Source of the DNA: Fistulifera solaris
Lineage: Eukaryota
Direction of reading: 5' to 3'
Length of the DNA: 64,000 nucleotides
Assembly (NCBI GenBank): GCA_030295235.1
Contig: AP026141.1
Location: forward strand, 496,001-560,000
This document shows, one piece after another, positions 1 to 13,149 of the stretch. The notes under the pieces were generated by a model, which did no database searches, was not told the DNA's origin, and saw only the letters and a list, made by a program, of their open reading frames with translations. How positions within the stretch are numbered: the first letter of the stretch is position 1; every line of letters starts with the position of its first letter. Position numbers and translations under genes: made by a program.

Positions 1-59
1 GTCGACATTACAATGATCACCACCCAAGTCGTTGGTCCCAATATTAATCCAGATAACTT

Positions 60-503
60 TTGCCGTCGTCACCAGTTCACCCACTTTCATTCGGTACAAG
101 AGATGCGGAATGCGGTCCCCGGCTATCCCTAACGCCAGACCACGCAGCGTCCCTTCTTGAAAATAGTGCCGATACACCGGAGGAACTCCATCGAACTCGC
201 TATTTGGTCCACCCAAATCCGTTCCCAGCCAGTGTTCGGTCAAACTATCACCGAGCAAGAGAACGTCTAAGGCTTGTGAACTATTATAGCGTTGAGCCAT
301 GTCCACGTTGCGCTGGAACGCCTTGTTCCATTTTTTGTAATATCGATAATCGTCCTCCTGTGGTCGAGAAATGGTCGGATTCTGGCAAAGACACTTTCGT
401 TCTCGACCAATATCATCACACAAATCCATATTATCCAGTTTCTGGCGCAATTCTTGATAATACTGAAGACTGGGACAAGATCGAATCACTTCCGGGAGCG
501 TAG
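60..503 (+). CDS. Hypothetical protein fragment (may continue upstream of the window through a frameshift)
   Basis: 147-aa ORF with a CxxC...C cluster (CPRCAGTPC) but no recognisable family and a non-ATG start. Confidence 0.2.
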   Translation: MPSSPVHPLSFGTRDAECGPRLSLTPDHAASLLENSADTPEELHRTRYLVHPNPFPASVRSNYHRARERLRLVNYYSVEPCPRCAGTPCSIFCNIDNRPPVVEKWSDSGKDTFVLDQYHHTNPYYPVSGAILDNTEDWDKIESLPGA

Positions 504-1478
504 GACCGACATAGATTGGATCCACAAAGGTAATAGGTGCGGGAAACGCCGTCGGTGCTTGAGAACGCTCTTCTGATTTGTCCACAGAAGACTCTTCCGT
601 CGGCGAATCCTTCCGTTCCTCAAGAACTACATCTGATATGTTGTTATCTGGCAAATAGTAGATAATAATACCCGTGACGATGAAGAGAAAGAGGGAAAGG
701 AGCGTATAAATCAGCGTGCTTCTCGACGAACGATCGCCTTTCGGTCCGGTCGAAAGCGTTTCCTCATCTTCCCTTACTGGAAGACTTTCATAGGCTCCTT
801 TTGTCATATTCTTATCGACAAATAAGAAGTTGAGTATAGCATGTTACAAAAGATTGTCTCAATGATGAAACGGTCATTTTTCTGCTCTGCTTATTATCGT
901 TGCACTCGGCGGTGCAGAAAATGTTTTTGCGCGCGGCTTTTTTGTGTCCGCTCGCCAGGCCGATTTTGGCGACCTTGTACTCTCAAGCACCATACTACTA
1001 TTTCCGTGATCCAATGCATGCGTGATTCAATGAAGTCGCTAAAGATACTATGGAGAGTATTGCAATTAATACTTACTCCGGGTATCGGTTTATGAAGCGT
1101 AGCTTCATGACTGCAACTTGCGTTTCATTTTTGCGCAGCTAGGTCGAACGGTTTTACACCTCTACAAAGCAACGATGTCAAGTTAAACAGTGTTTGTCAC
1201 CTGAAATGTCGATGTCTGCGTTCGTTTCGAGCTCGACCATGCAATCCCTCATTTAGCTCCACGCATGTTCGATTTGTTTCCCTCCTGCTACTTTGACAGT
1301 GAAGATAGTGCTCATGATGTCGTAACCAAATCTATTTGTCGTAGCAGGTATCTTCACGATCTTCATACCTATCTTGTGCGAGACCCACCTAATTGGCGAT
1401 CTTACAGTGATATAATTGTGGCCAGCTGAAAGCACGCAAAACTGCGAGATCAGCCGCTAAACTTTCAGCAGTTCGATT

Positions 1479-2592
1479 TTAAGGTCCATCTGCCGTCTTC
1501 CAATCCAAAATTTCTACCTTCATCTCATCCAATATCCGCTTAACCCGTTGAACAATCGCCCGTCCCCATAGTTTGTAGCTTCAGCATTCGGATGTATAGC
1601 GTCTTGAAATAGCGTTATATTTCGATGCAAAACATCCTTGATTCCATAAAGAGTGCCGTGGCGTCAAAGAACTCCACGTGGGGAGTCGCTTCCGCATAGC
1701 AATGCAACAATTCATTCACCTGTCGGGCCAGCGTTTGCCGTCGCGTCACTGGCAAGATCGAATTAATGACCACACGGGTAGGTTGATACCTATGTGCTAA
1801 GATGGCTTGCACGACTTCCATGATCCCCGACAGGACCGCCTCGGGTGTACAATCTCTCTTTAGAATATCGAAAACTCCAACCGTGATCCAAACAACCGGT
1901 GCTACAACTACGTCGCCTTTCAATTCTCCGTTTCGTATTCGATACAACAGTTGACTGTAACCATCTTCACCCACTCCGAGCGGAACGCCCTTGACCGACG
2001 TGTCACCCCTGGCACCAAAGCGTTCCGTAAAGACGTCTTTGATGGGATGATAACCACCACGTCCATGTGAGTCCGGCATCGGAACGCGTGAGAAATACGT
2101 CCCTTGCCACCGCTCGGTCAATGAATCACCCACGAGCAGTACATCGAGGGCGTCCATGACATGTTCGAAGGGTTGCAGGAGAAACGAGTTTCGTTGTAGT
2201 GTACGATCCCACCATTCCTTCTTTTCATCATATTCACTTGGCACAGCCGGATCCGGACAAACACAATCGGTATTTTCCAAGCAACGATGTTCGCTATCTT
2301 TCATTCGTTTCAATAGTGTATGTCGAAGGAAATAGTCGGCATCCGACACGAGCTCCTTGCAATCCAATTCCAGGAAGGTTGAATCGACGGGATACAAATC
2401 GTTGATATTATCAACATCGTCTTGTATCTTCAGTCGAGAACCGACAATCAAGAGAATCAGTACGCTTCCAGCCAGCAAGAAGAGCAATAGTTTGATTTTT
2501 CGACTGCTTTTTCGTGTCACGGGCACCAACAGAGCCGACACTTCTTCATCCTCGCTTTCCGTATCGCTGCACTCAATTTCGAGTCTTTGCAT
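1479..2592 (-). CDS. SGNH/GDSL hydrolase (PAF-acetylhydrolase-like), type II membrane-anchored; two apparent 1-nt frameshifts near the 3' end
   Basis: N-terminal TM (LLFLLAGSVLILLIV), block I VLLVGDSLTERW, block II GEDGYSQLLYRIRNGEL. Shifting frame at ~1640 and ~1579 restores the C-terminus QDAIHPNAE(G)YKLWGRAIVQRVKRIL...DGP*, which carries DxxH and is collinear with the neighbouring paralog. Confidence 0.8.
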
Positions 2593-3124
2593 TCTATCCG
2601 ACAAAGATGCAAGGTAGTTCGTCTTATAGGAACAAGAAATAGAGAAAGAAAATACCAGATAAGAACTGTAGGAACAACAAACTTGAGGTGACCTTTTGTT
2701 ATTGTCTTCGTTCTTTTCGTTTGCAAAAAAAGTGCGCGAAGGCAAAAACGGTCATTCTCGAAGATCATCGTCATCTGACGGATGGACAGAAATTCCAGCC
2801 CGTCACGACTTATGTTTATTATAGGACTCTTCCTCTTTGCAATTGCGAATCTTCGACTATACCTGGTATAAGCAATTGATGCTAATGAATAAGATCGACC
2901 GTCTCTAATCGTGTGTTAGCTAAAAGGTTGCAACTAGCATTGTTGCCGAAAACTAAATATCTTGTTATACTAGTATAATCCGACGGGGATCGCCTCGAGC
3001 AAGAAACTAGCAAAGGGCACTATCGACCACGATCAACAAATAGCAAAGAAAGACTTATCTATTGTTGGGTCCGTTTCAGTTGACGTCAAAATTATACTAT
3101 GGAAAGTGCCGTTGAAGCGGGTTT

Positions 3125-4195
3125 CTATAAACCTTCTTCTTCTAAAATGTGCAAGACGCGATGAACAATCGCTTCTCCCCATACCTTGTAACCTTGTGCG
3201 TTCAAATTAACCGTATCGGCAAACAAATCCGGGTTCGGACGCGAAACATTCCCCTCCATGATACTCAGCAACGGGGTCGCATCAAAAAAGTCAACATTCG
3301 GGATTTGTTGCGCGTAGCAATGCAATCGTTCGTTGACTTGTGTGACTTGCTCATTCAACGGTACTAACGAATTGATGACAATCCGTGTCGGCTGATCGTG
3401 ACTTTTCCGAATCTCTTGCAGTTGTTGGATGACGGACAAAACGCCAGCCACTACACCATCGGAGGTGCAGTCGTAATACTGCACGTCATTGATACCGATG
3501 TTAATCCACAGAATGGGAACTTTGAAAGTTACTGGCAATTCTCCATTTTGTAGACGATACAACAGTTGACTGAAACCGTCTTGCGCAATCCCCAGAGCCA
3601 AGCCACTGACGACCCGTTCGTGATCGCTGGTGACGTTTGTAGCCTGAAAATACTGTTGATACAAGGCATGAATGTCACCCCAAGCCTTATGACCCGTCGC
3701 TTTAGAACGAAAATGAGAATTGTTGGTCCCCAGCCAGTGTTCGACTAACGAATCTCCCAACATGAGAACATCCCAGTGTTTTTGGTCCGCATCCTGAATC
3801 AACTTGAGGTTGCGCTGAAAGACACTATTCCATTCCGGATCCCATGGATTCCGTGTCGAAACTTTCGGAGACTCGCATTTGCAATGTCGACGATCTCTGT
3901 CGCCCGTGACACATCTACGAGGTTGATGATTCGCCATATTTCCCACCACGTGTTGAAAGTACTTGTCATCCGCACCGACGGCGTCACAGTCAATCGAAGT
4001 GAAGGTCGAAACGACCGGTGCTACAGGCTCTTCCAGTGCCTCGGAGGACGATTCGGGTCGTAATGTCATGGCCATGACAATGATCATGAGACTTAACAGG
4101 GCGGCGATGAGAAATAAGGAAGCCCGGCGAATGTGCGGGCGATGGAAGACAGCAAAGCTGTAATGGCCGTCGCGAGTGACGCTTTCGACATTCAT
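3125..4195 (-). CDS. SGNH/GDSL hydrolase (PAF-AH-like), tandem paralog; catalytic His appears replaced by Asn
   Basis: TM anchor, VLMLGDSLVEHW, GIAQDGFSQLLYRLQNGEL, INIGIND; block V reads DTVNLNAQGYKVWG. Confidence 0.85.
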   Translation of the reverse strand: MNVESVTRDGHYSFAVFHRPHIRRASLFLIAALLSLMIIVMAMTLRPESSSEALEEPVAPVVSTFTSIDCDAVGADDKYFQHVVGNMANHQPRRCVTGDRDRRHCKCESPKVSTRNPWDPEWNSVFQRNLKLIQDADQKHWDVLMLGDSLVEHWLGTNNSHFRSKATGHKAWGDIHALYQQYFQATNVTSDHERVVSGLALGIAQDGFSQLLYRLQNGELPVTFKVPILWINIGINDVQYYDCTSDGVVAGVLSVIQQLQEIRKSHDQPTRIVINSLVPLNEQVTQVNERLHCYAQQIPNVDFFDATPLLSIMEGNVSRPNPDLFADTVNLNAQGYKVWGEAIVHRVLHILEEEGL

Positions 4196-5009
4196 TTCTT
4201 ATGAATTGTAGATTGATGAGTATAACAAGTGTGTTCTTGAGAGATTGAAAGATAAACAGAATGGGAAACACTCAATCATTCGCCAAGCAACAAAAACGTG
4301 ATGAAAAAGTGCCGACGGTCATCTTGTTTCGTTCCGCAATTTTCGTGAGAATGACCGTTTCCGCACTCTAACTTCGGAGTGTACTCCGGATTGCGAGGCG
4401 TGAACGCCAGGCTTTGAGTCACGAGCCGATGTCGCATCGTGTACGCGCGCGGACGATCCGCATCTTTACGCGATGAGAATGAAGATTGAATGAAGACAAT
4501 GCGAAGCTTGTTATCGTCTCGATCCTGCCTACAATTTCAAGTAAACTCACCTTACGTGTACAGTATTAGAGATCCTCTGCGAGCCAAGAGCTGCGTGAAA
4601 GGTGAAAGTATTCGTACGGCGGAGTAATGCGATCCAGCTTCGGAAGAACTCCTCTGTCCGGCTTCTCTTCGTTCGGGGGCAATTTTTGTAAAAAGATGAA
4701 ACGTTCGAGTCAGTCCTGTCCTGGAAGCCGGAGTCTCGAAGAGTCGCGTCCCGTTACAAATTACGATCGTATGCCGAATTCGGGAAATAGAGTCTCCTGA
4801 ATGACCTCGCGGTCCTCGCAAACTTGATAAAATCACTACAAAAAAGATGAGGCAAACGGAACAAGTGATCCTTTCGATAACGTTGGTGTCCCTCACAAGA
4901 TGATGTGGCACCGAATCCGGTCAAACGAGAGGAATATAAAGCCGTGTCGACATTTGAACCGCGTTCATTCATTCTCTGCTCCTCAAAAGCAGATCAGGAG
5001 AGCTCATAA

Positions 5010-6468
<1,459 letters not shown>

Positions 6469-6786
6469 AATGCTGCTCGCAGGACGACTCATGCCGGCAC
6501 TATGATTAGTGCCTTTGTCTTAGAACTTAACAAAACAAGAATTAGAATGAACAACTGAAGTATGCTTGGCTCGTAGGCTAAGATCTTCCGATTTATTATT
6601 ATTATTATTTGTAGTTGATCGAGTCATGCCCGTGACTAACACTTGACACGTCACGCGATCGCGATAGACGTCTTTTATTTTCTTTTTCTGCTGCGTAAAC
6701 AGAACTCTCGTTGTTGTCATTATTACTACGTACTTTACAACAAAGCACTCATAGCCTTTTCATTCTTATTTCATTCTCATTGTATC

Positions 6787-8319
6787 ATGCCGACGGAAGA
6801 CCCGTTAGCTCAACATCGACGAACCGAAACGAATACCGACATTGCACGACTAATGTACGACACCGAAGACGCTGCGGATCAGGAGAATGATAGTCCTCAT
6901 TCAAATGACGACACGGCTCGTCGAACTGTCGTCATGGGAGCTGTCGCGAATCTTTGTAGTGCTACGTTGGGTGCGGGAATTTTATCACTCCCTTTTTCGA
7001 TGCAACAAGCCGGCTATCTCGGCGGTACGCTGTTATTGCTCATGTCGGCCTGGTCGACGCGGGCGAGTATTGATATTTTGACACATGCCGCGGATTCGTA
7101 TCATATTTATACGTACGAGGGAGTTGTCGAAAAGTGCTTGGGACGGGCGACACGAAATGTCGTCGAATGGAGTATTCTCGTCTTTTGTATCGGCTGTGCT
7201 GTCGCCTATTGTATTGCGGTGGGTGACATTTTAGAAATTAGTGGCTTACTGTTGCCTCTGCAGCACGGGGCACGAGAAGCTTCCATGGTACTGGTCTGGA
7301 TGCTAGCAATGATGCCGCTCAGCTTACTGCGAACCATGAAAAGTCTGCAGTTCTCTAGCACGATAGGTCTTGCCAGTATTTCCACGTTAGTATTCGCGGC
7401 CTTTGTGCACCTCGTCGAAGACAGAAACGATCCGCCCGACGCGATTCCCACAAATACAACCAATGTTACCGCATGGAATTCACTCTTTGTCGAAGCTTCT
7501 TACGATAGCTCAGTGCCGCGGCGGCTCTGGCCGGAACATGGTGTCATTTCGATCTTACAGGCGTGTCCGATCATCCTATTTGCCTTTTGCTGTCAAGTCA
7601 ATGTTTTGGCTATTTTCGAAGAGCTTCCTTCTCGTACCCTGCACAATGAAAATGCTGTAATTGACAAATTTGACCTCATGAGTCGTGTAACGAAATACGG
7701 TGTCGGCGTTTGTGCCGTACTTTACACCAGTTTGTCGTGGATCGTCATGGCTGATACCGATCACGTTCCCCCCAATGCCTTGCTGCTGTACGCGCCCCCG
7801 AAAGGGATTATGCAAGTCGCTACGGCAGGTATGGCGGCGGCGGTGATTACGGCATTTCCTCTTAATATATTCCCCGCGCGTGTTTCTATTCTGTCCATGC
7901 TGCAACGGAAGAAGCCACGCCGGGAACTGGTGCCGAATTCGACGTTGACGCAGGCATTGTTAGAGAATCATGAAGTCGAAGCCGCCGCGGATGTTGTTGA
8001 AGAAGAAGAAACTGCTTCTTCTCACGATCCAGCTATTGAAGACGAACGCCATGATTGGAAGCAACACCTATTTTGGTCTATTTTTGTTTCGGCCCTGTCC
8101 TTGGGTATGGCGCTACTCATTCCGGACATTTCGGTCGTCTTTTCGCTGTTGGGAGGCACGACCAGCAGTTTGTTGGGATTCTGCGTACCCGGGGCTTTGG
8201 GCATTCATATGAACCAGAACAGAACGTCTTTAGTTATTTCTTGGTTCCTTCTAGTCGGCGGGGGAATCCTTGGTTTTCTCACGACAGCTGTTACGATCTA
8301 TACAACATTTACCAAATAA
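6787..8319 (+). CDS. Amino acid transporter (Aa_trans, SLC38/AVT-like)
   Basis: NLCSATLGAGILSLPF, YEGVV, FAFCCQVN, AFPL and VFSLLGG motifs; many hydrophobic helices; ATG at 6787. Confidence 0.9.
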   Translation: MPTEDPLAQHRRTETNTDIARLMYDTEDAADQENDSPHSNDDTARRTVVMGAVANLCSATLGAGILSLPFSMQQAGYLGGTLLLLMSAWSTRASIDILTHAADSYHIYTYEGVVEKCLGRATRNVVEWSILVFCIGCAVAYCIAVGDILEISGLLLPLQHGAREASMVLVWMLAMMPLSLLRTMKSLQFSSTIGLASISTLVFAAFVHLVEDRNDPPDAIPTNTTNVTAWNSLFVEASYDSSVPRRLWPEHGVISILQACPIILFAFCCQVNVLAIFEELPSRTLHNENAVIDKFDLMSRVTKYGVGVCAVLYTSLSWIVMADTDHVPPNALLLYAPPKGIMQVATAGMAAAVITAFPLNIFPARVSILSMLQRKKPRRELVPNSTLTQALLENHEVEAAADVVEEEETASSHDPAIEDERHDWKQHLFWSIFVSALSLGMALLIPDISVVFSLLGGTTSSLLGFCVPGALGIHMNQNRTSLVISWFLLVGGGILGFLTTAVTIYTTFTK

Positions 8320-8600
8320 AGACGTACGGGTGAAGGCGGTACTAACTTGAAAGAACTGCTGCTTACATGCCTGCACATGGGCAGGTTCTGCTCACCCGCG
8401 GGGAGTCCTGCTTAGCAGAAGTTTTCCTTGATTTTAAAGTCTAGGATATTAATAGAACCCTTCCAAGGTTATCGACCTTTACCTACAAAACCATCATTCT
8501 TGTAAGTGGTTCATATGTAATATTTATAGCGAGTTACCTCCGTGCAGATAATATACAAGTGACAAAGCCTCCGATCTTCGAACAAATCTCCCAGTCATGT

Positions 8601-8966
8601 TTATCGATTCAAATGTTCCTTGTACGCACGAATCCTTTCGGCTGCCAGTTCATGATACCGAGCTCGCGTCGCCAAAGGGAGAGCATTCCATTCCTTCAGT
8701 CCACCGACTTGATGTTCTAGTCGAAACATCTTGTAACCCGACACGGAACTGCGACGATGTGCTTTGAAGTCAACTTCTTGTTGACTCGCTTCTCGTAGCA
8801 ACTGTGCGAAAATGAACTGCTGTCGCTTGAGCAGATCATGAATGCATTCGTGCGAATATGATGGCGGACGCTTGTTCGAGCTAGCCTTTGTCGAATCGCA
8901 ATGATGATTCATCAGATGACTCACATCATCTTGGTTGTGATGGTCTTTGTCGTTCATTTGGTGCAT
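8601..8966 (-). CDS. Small HMG-box-like protein
   Basis: The C-terminal RRSSVSGYKMFRLE...KEWNALPLATRARYHELAAERIRAYKE resembles a compact HMG box. Confidence 0.55.
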   Translation of the reverse strand: MHQMNDKDHHNQDDVSHLMNHHCDSTKASSNKRPPSYSHECIHDLLKRQQFIFAQLLREASQQEVDFKAHRRSSVSGYKMFRLEHQVGGLKEWNALPLATRARYHELAAERIRAYKEHLNR

Positions 8967-9626
8967 GATTTATGGCCTCGTGATCAAGTATCATGCGAAT
9001 GATTTTCTGTGCAGGATCCGTTGAGACGACGAAGCTGTATGAACTCCCTATTCAAAAAAAAAAAAAATGAAATAAAAACATGAACGAATGAAGCGAGAAA
9101 ATTACGAACGAGTGAGAGAAGCTGGATCGTTGGCCAACACGACAACAAGTTTTCATGTGAATTGTCTCCCTCGAAATCACTTTCACATTCCATGATAGTG
9201 AAAAGTAGACGATTGATGGCTCTTTTTCCTTTTTCTTGATCGCTGTCAATAATCGTTATGTCAGTACAATCTTAGTTTAGTCCAATTGATTCGTGATTTG
9301 AAAAGTAAACAGTAAGACATTTCTGGAATCAATGAGCAGTTAAGTGGAAAACAACATATACATCTTAGGCAATTGTCTTACTACGTACTTCAACACTCGA
9401 TAGTATTGGGGAAACAAAGAAGAACAATAAATGAAGCGTTGAGTCTTGGTTCTTTGAGCTTATGAAAGCCAATCAAATTGCGTTGATGGTCGCTCCGTCG
9501 ACAGCTTTTCTCTGAAGACGGACTCAAGCGGTATTGAATATTTTTCGCACGCAAACGCAAGAAACGCAGCATCGCGCATCGCGCCTTTGGTTGTGCGACA
9601 AGGGGGTATTTTTCCTTACCATTACC

Positions 9627-11345
9627 ATGCATTCCTTATCGCGTCGAATACGTGCCTTTTCTTACTATTATTATTTGTCGAAACGCTACCATGCTTCCGA
9701 AGTGAGACAAGAAGCCTTTTACGCATCATTGCGACGGGGCGATCTTTCCCCGTCACTTTTTCAATGGATGCAACACGAAAGCAAGGTGACATGGAATCGC
9801 TTCGCCGGTGAAAATGCTCCTTTCATTCCTGTAATTGCAAGTGAACTACCCGAGATCGGACCTGCAGGAAAATTCTACTATTATTGGCACGATGACTCCT
9901 ATTTTCGGCGGCCCGTTCTCAGCGGCGAGCCGCAACGTTTGTGCCCCGCCGATCCGAATCTTGTACATATGGCAATTTCTCCCGACGAAACACAATTGGC
10001 CCGAGTCTTTCGAAATGGATCCGTCTTAATCAACTCGAAAAAACAACACTGGAACGCACGTGCTGTCGAATTCGGGCCATCCAATTCGTTGTATTGGATT
10101 GCGCAGGACGGAACCGTTTGGAGATCGATTTCTAACGCGCCAGCAGAGTCTATCTATCACGGACCGTCACATCCCGCCATGTCGTTGCGTCGGTCCAAGG
10201 GCGGTTCCTCTATGCTGTTAGAAAACAAAAAAACAACATGGATTTGGGAACATAGGGAAGACGGCACCATTTCCGAGCAGATATATGATACTCTGCTCGT
10301 GGACGTTCACCGGGATGGTCAAATTGTTTCGCTACAATCAACATCAAATAATGACGCAGAATGGAGCATATACGAAATGGACCTGTTTGTCGATCATGTA
10401 GTGACCTATCAACGCTCCCGCCAGGAAGAGCGGTATCGATTTGTGATTCAATCCTCCGACGGCCAAATGTTTCTTTCAGATGAAACAATAATTGATCCAT
10501 TCAGCAAGCTCACACCTTCTGGAAATATGCATTATGATACGGATATTCTACGCTATTGTCTGGAAAAGCCGTATCAACCACGAGCGACGTACGAATTCAA
10601 CATGACGAGTCATCACTTGGAGACTTTGGCATGGAATTTCGCGCCGACCTTCCACAACATGACTGAGGAACGGATGTATGCTACCAGCCCTGATGGTACG
10701 AAAATCCCTATCACCGTCTTTTCTCGTGACAATTCAACCATACATCGCGTCTTGCTGGTCGGCTACGGCGCTTACGGAAAATCGGCCAAGTGGTCTTACG
10801 ATCCCCTGTTTCATTACCTTTTGAACCAAGGTGTGGTGGTAGCCTACGCGAATATTCGTAACGACAAAATCTCTGGTATCAAGGATTACATTGCTTGTGC
10901 GGAGTGCCTGCAGTCGTATGGGAATGTGACAGCTTACGGTGTCTCAGCGGGTGGTGTGGTGGTAGGGGCCTCGTTGCAACAAGCACCCCACGTGTTTCAC
11001 AGCGGTATTTTGGTAAATGCTTTTTTGGATGTGGAAGCCACGTTGCGAAATCCTGACTTGTATTTGACAAAAGAAGATTGGGAAGAATACGGCAACCCGG
11101 AACTGGATCCTTCGATTGCATCCTATTGTCCGGTGCGAAATGTTTCACCGGGTGGTCCTCCTGTACTCGTGTTGGCCACCTTGGACGATGAGCGCGTTCC
11201 CTACTGGAATGCCCGCATCTACACCCACAAACGGGGCACGGAAAGCACCCATTTGTACATGGAGCCGAGCGGGTGTCACACTTGGAATTGCGACCGTCAG
11301 CGAATGATGGCATTACAGGCCTCCTTTGTCTTGCATTCTCAGTAA
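9627..11345 (+). CDS. S9A serine peptidase (oligopeptidase B / prolyl oligopeptidase-like), divergent
   Basis: TSPDGTKIPIT, GYGAYG, nucleophile YGVSAGG, WEEYGNP, DDERVPYW (Asp) and PSGCH (His). The N-terminus is basic and Ser-rich, possibly a mitochondrial presequence. Confidence 0.85.
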   Translation: MHSLSRRIRAFSYYYYLSKRYHASEVRQEAFYASLRRGDLSPSLFQWMQHESKVTWNRFAGENAPFIPVIASELPEIGPAGKFYYYWHDDSYFRRPVLSGEPQRLCPADPNLVHMAISPDETQLARVFRNGSVLINSKKQHWNARAVEFGPSNSLYWIAQDGTVWRSISNAPAESIYHGPSHPAMSLRRSKGGSSMLLENKKTTWIWEHREDGTISEQIYDTLLVDVHRDGQIVSLQSTSNNDAEWSIYEMDLFVDHVVTYQRSRQEERYRFVIQSSDGQMFLSDETIIDPFSKLTPSGNMHYDTDILRYCLEKPYQPRATYEFNMTSHHLETLAWNFAPTFHNMTEERMYATSPDGTKIPITVFSRDNSTIHRVLLVGYGAYGKSAKWSYDPLFHYLLNQGVVVAYANIRNDKISGIKDYIACAECLQSYGNVTAYGVSAGGVVVGASLQQAPHVFHSGILVNAFLDVEATLRNPDLYLTKEDWEEYGNPELDPSIASYCPVRNVSPGGPPVLVLATLDDERVPYWNARIYTHKRGTESTHLYMEPSGCHTWNCDRQRMMALQASFVLHSQ

Positions 11346-11764
11346 AGCGATGACAAAGGATGTTTTTCCACATTATGACGATAAGGCAGAATGGTATGGC
11401 AAGAATTGGCTTTTGGCGTGGACAAAAAATGAGGTGGGGCAGGCGATCTGCATGTGCTGTTATGACGCACAATTCGGCAAGAATTGTACTCAGATCACTA
11501 CAGTGCCACGTACTCATAGAGCGAACGCCCTAAAATAAATCCCACCGGTATATCGTATTTAGAAGGGTTACTCCTAAGAATTCAAATACATAAGAGAGGA
11601 ACGGAAAGTTCCTCCTCCGCTGGCCGGCATCGAAAAATTGGGTGAGGACGCAACAAGTGAGCAAGAGGATGAGGAAGAGACGACGCTTGGATCTCGTCCG
11701 CTTCTCTTCGACACCACGAGAACTCAGATTTTACTTTCTCGCATTGTGAGCGGTCGCCTTCACG

Positions 11765-13021
11765 ATGACGGAATTTACGAGCCACAGAGGGCAGGCAAGC
11801 CCACGCTCGAACGACCTGGCACCTCCTCGAGTCTCTCCTCGCATTAGGAAGAATAAGCCCTCAAAGCAGAGTCCAAAAAGCTCGCTTGCGATTGTCGACG
11901 ATGCGCGTAGTCTTGTTGTGGACTCAAGTGCATCACATGACGTTGCAAGTACTGCTACTGAGTTGCCTTGGGTGCAGCGAACAACATCATCCGCCCCGGT
12001 GGATGTTGATGACTCCTCCTTCTCGGATTCGCCATCAATTCATACTCCTTCACTCCAAAAATCACCCACACAAGATGCATGGGAAGAAATTCAAGCGTCG
12101 TCGCTCAATATCAAGTCCCAAATGTTGCGCTCCGCGCAGACTGCAGCCGATAGGAAAGCAGCAGCTAGTGCGACGGAGAAGAAGCCTGAGCCCAAGTTTG
12201 GAAGAGTGATCGAAGCGTTCACATCCGGAGAAATTTGTTCAAGCGAGTGGCTTTCTCCTTGCGGACGGTCGAAAGATCGGCAAGACATTGATGTGACGAC
12301 ATCTGATATGACGACAACAAGTGATGATCCGTGCTTGCCGCCAACGCCAAGATCCGTAGTCAGTTTGCTGGAAAAGGAGAATTCAGCGGACTCGAAAAGT
12401 CAGTTGGAGGGAGATGAAACGACAGTAGAACCGCACACTTTGGCCACAAAGTCTGCCGAATCCTTCGAAGAGGCCCTGACATCTTGTGCATCCACGTGCT
12501 CCTCTTCTACAGGTCGTGCTTTGAACAGCTACACCAAGGACAACCAGTCTCTCGCCGAGACGGCGGCTACCACGAAAGAAGATAGATCGCAACATCCCTT
12601 TCGATCCATGATCTATCCGACGAATTTAGAGTCACGTTTCATGGCTGCCGTTCATGTACCTGAAAGCAGTCACAACGAGTTAAGCCCTACAGAAGAAGAA
12701 GCGGGCGTCGAGACGGTGTTCTCCAGTCCGTCCCCCGAGGAACCAATGACTACCCGATTAGTGGCCATTGGAAATTCACAAGAGCATCCACCCTTACTTG
12801 GTGCTGTGAGCTCTGAATCCTCTTCAGAATCAAAAGAAGATGAAACCGTTCTAAAGAATACGACTAAGAACAAAGAATCTTTTTTTACGACGAGTGCTCG
12901 GTGGTGGAAAGGGAAGTCCCTCCAAAAGCAACGACGATGCCTCAAAGAAACAATCCACGCTCGTCTCGTTTTAAAAAACAAACACGTAACGCTTGTGTGT
13001 ACGAAATCCTTTTGCCGTTGA
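11765..13021 (+). CDS. Hypothetical S/T/E-rich, probably disordered protein
   Basis: 418-aa ATG-started ORF of low complexity with no recognisable domain. Confidence 0.55.
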   Translation: MTEFTSHRGQASPRSNDLAPPRVSPRIRKNKPSKQSPKSSLAIVDDARSLVVDSSASHDVASTATELPWVQRTTSSAPVDVDDSSFSDSPSIHTPSLQKSPTQDAWEEIQASSLNIKSQMLRSAQTAADRKAAASATEKKPEPKFGRVIEAFTSGEICSSEWLSPCGRSKDRQDIDVTTSDMTTTSDDPCLPPTPRSVVSLLEKENSADSKSQLEGDETTVEPHTLATKSAESFEEALTSCASTCSSSTGRALNSYTKDNQSLAETAATTKEDRSQHPFRSMIYPTNLESRFMAAVHVPESSHNELSPTEEEAGVETVFSSPSPEEPMTTRLVAIGNSQEHPPLLGAVSSESSSESKEDETVLKNTTKNKESFFTTSARWWKGKSLQKQRRCLKETIHARLVLKNKHVTLVCTKSFCR

Positions 13022-13149
13022 CAGTCGTAGCGTTAATGATCTAATACATTATGATAACAGCACGAACGCTTCAGTACGCAATCTAATCTGAAAATGTAAA
13101 ACGCTAGTTAAAGTCTGTATGAAGTAGCCTGTTTGTCTCGTTCCGTTCT

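Noticed and set aside
600..1470. Possible transposon remnant or gene
   Set aside because: Only short ORFs with no recognisable transposase or RT motif and no terminal repeats.
11326..11538. Short Cys/Trp-containing ORF just after the peptidase stop
   Set aside because: Too short and no family recognised; probably 3' UTR.
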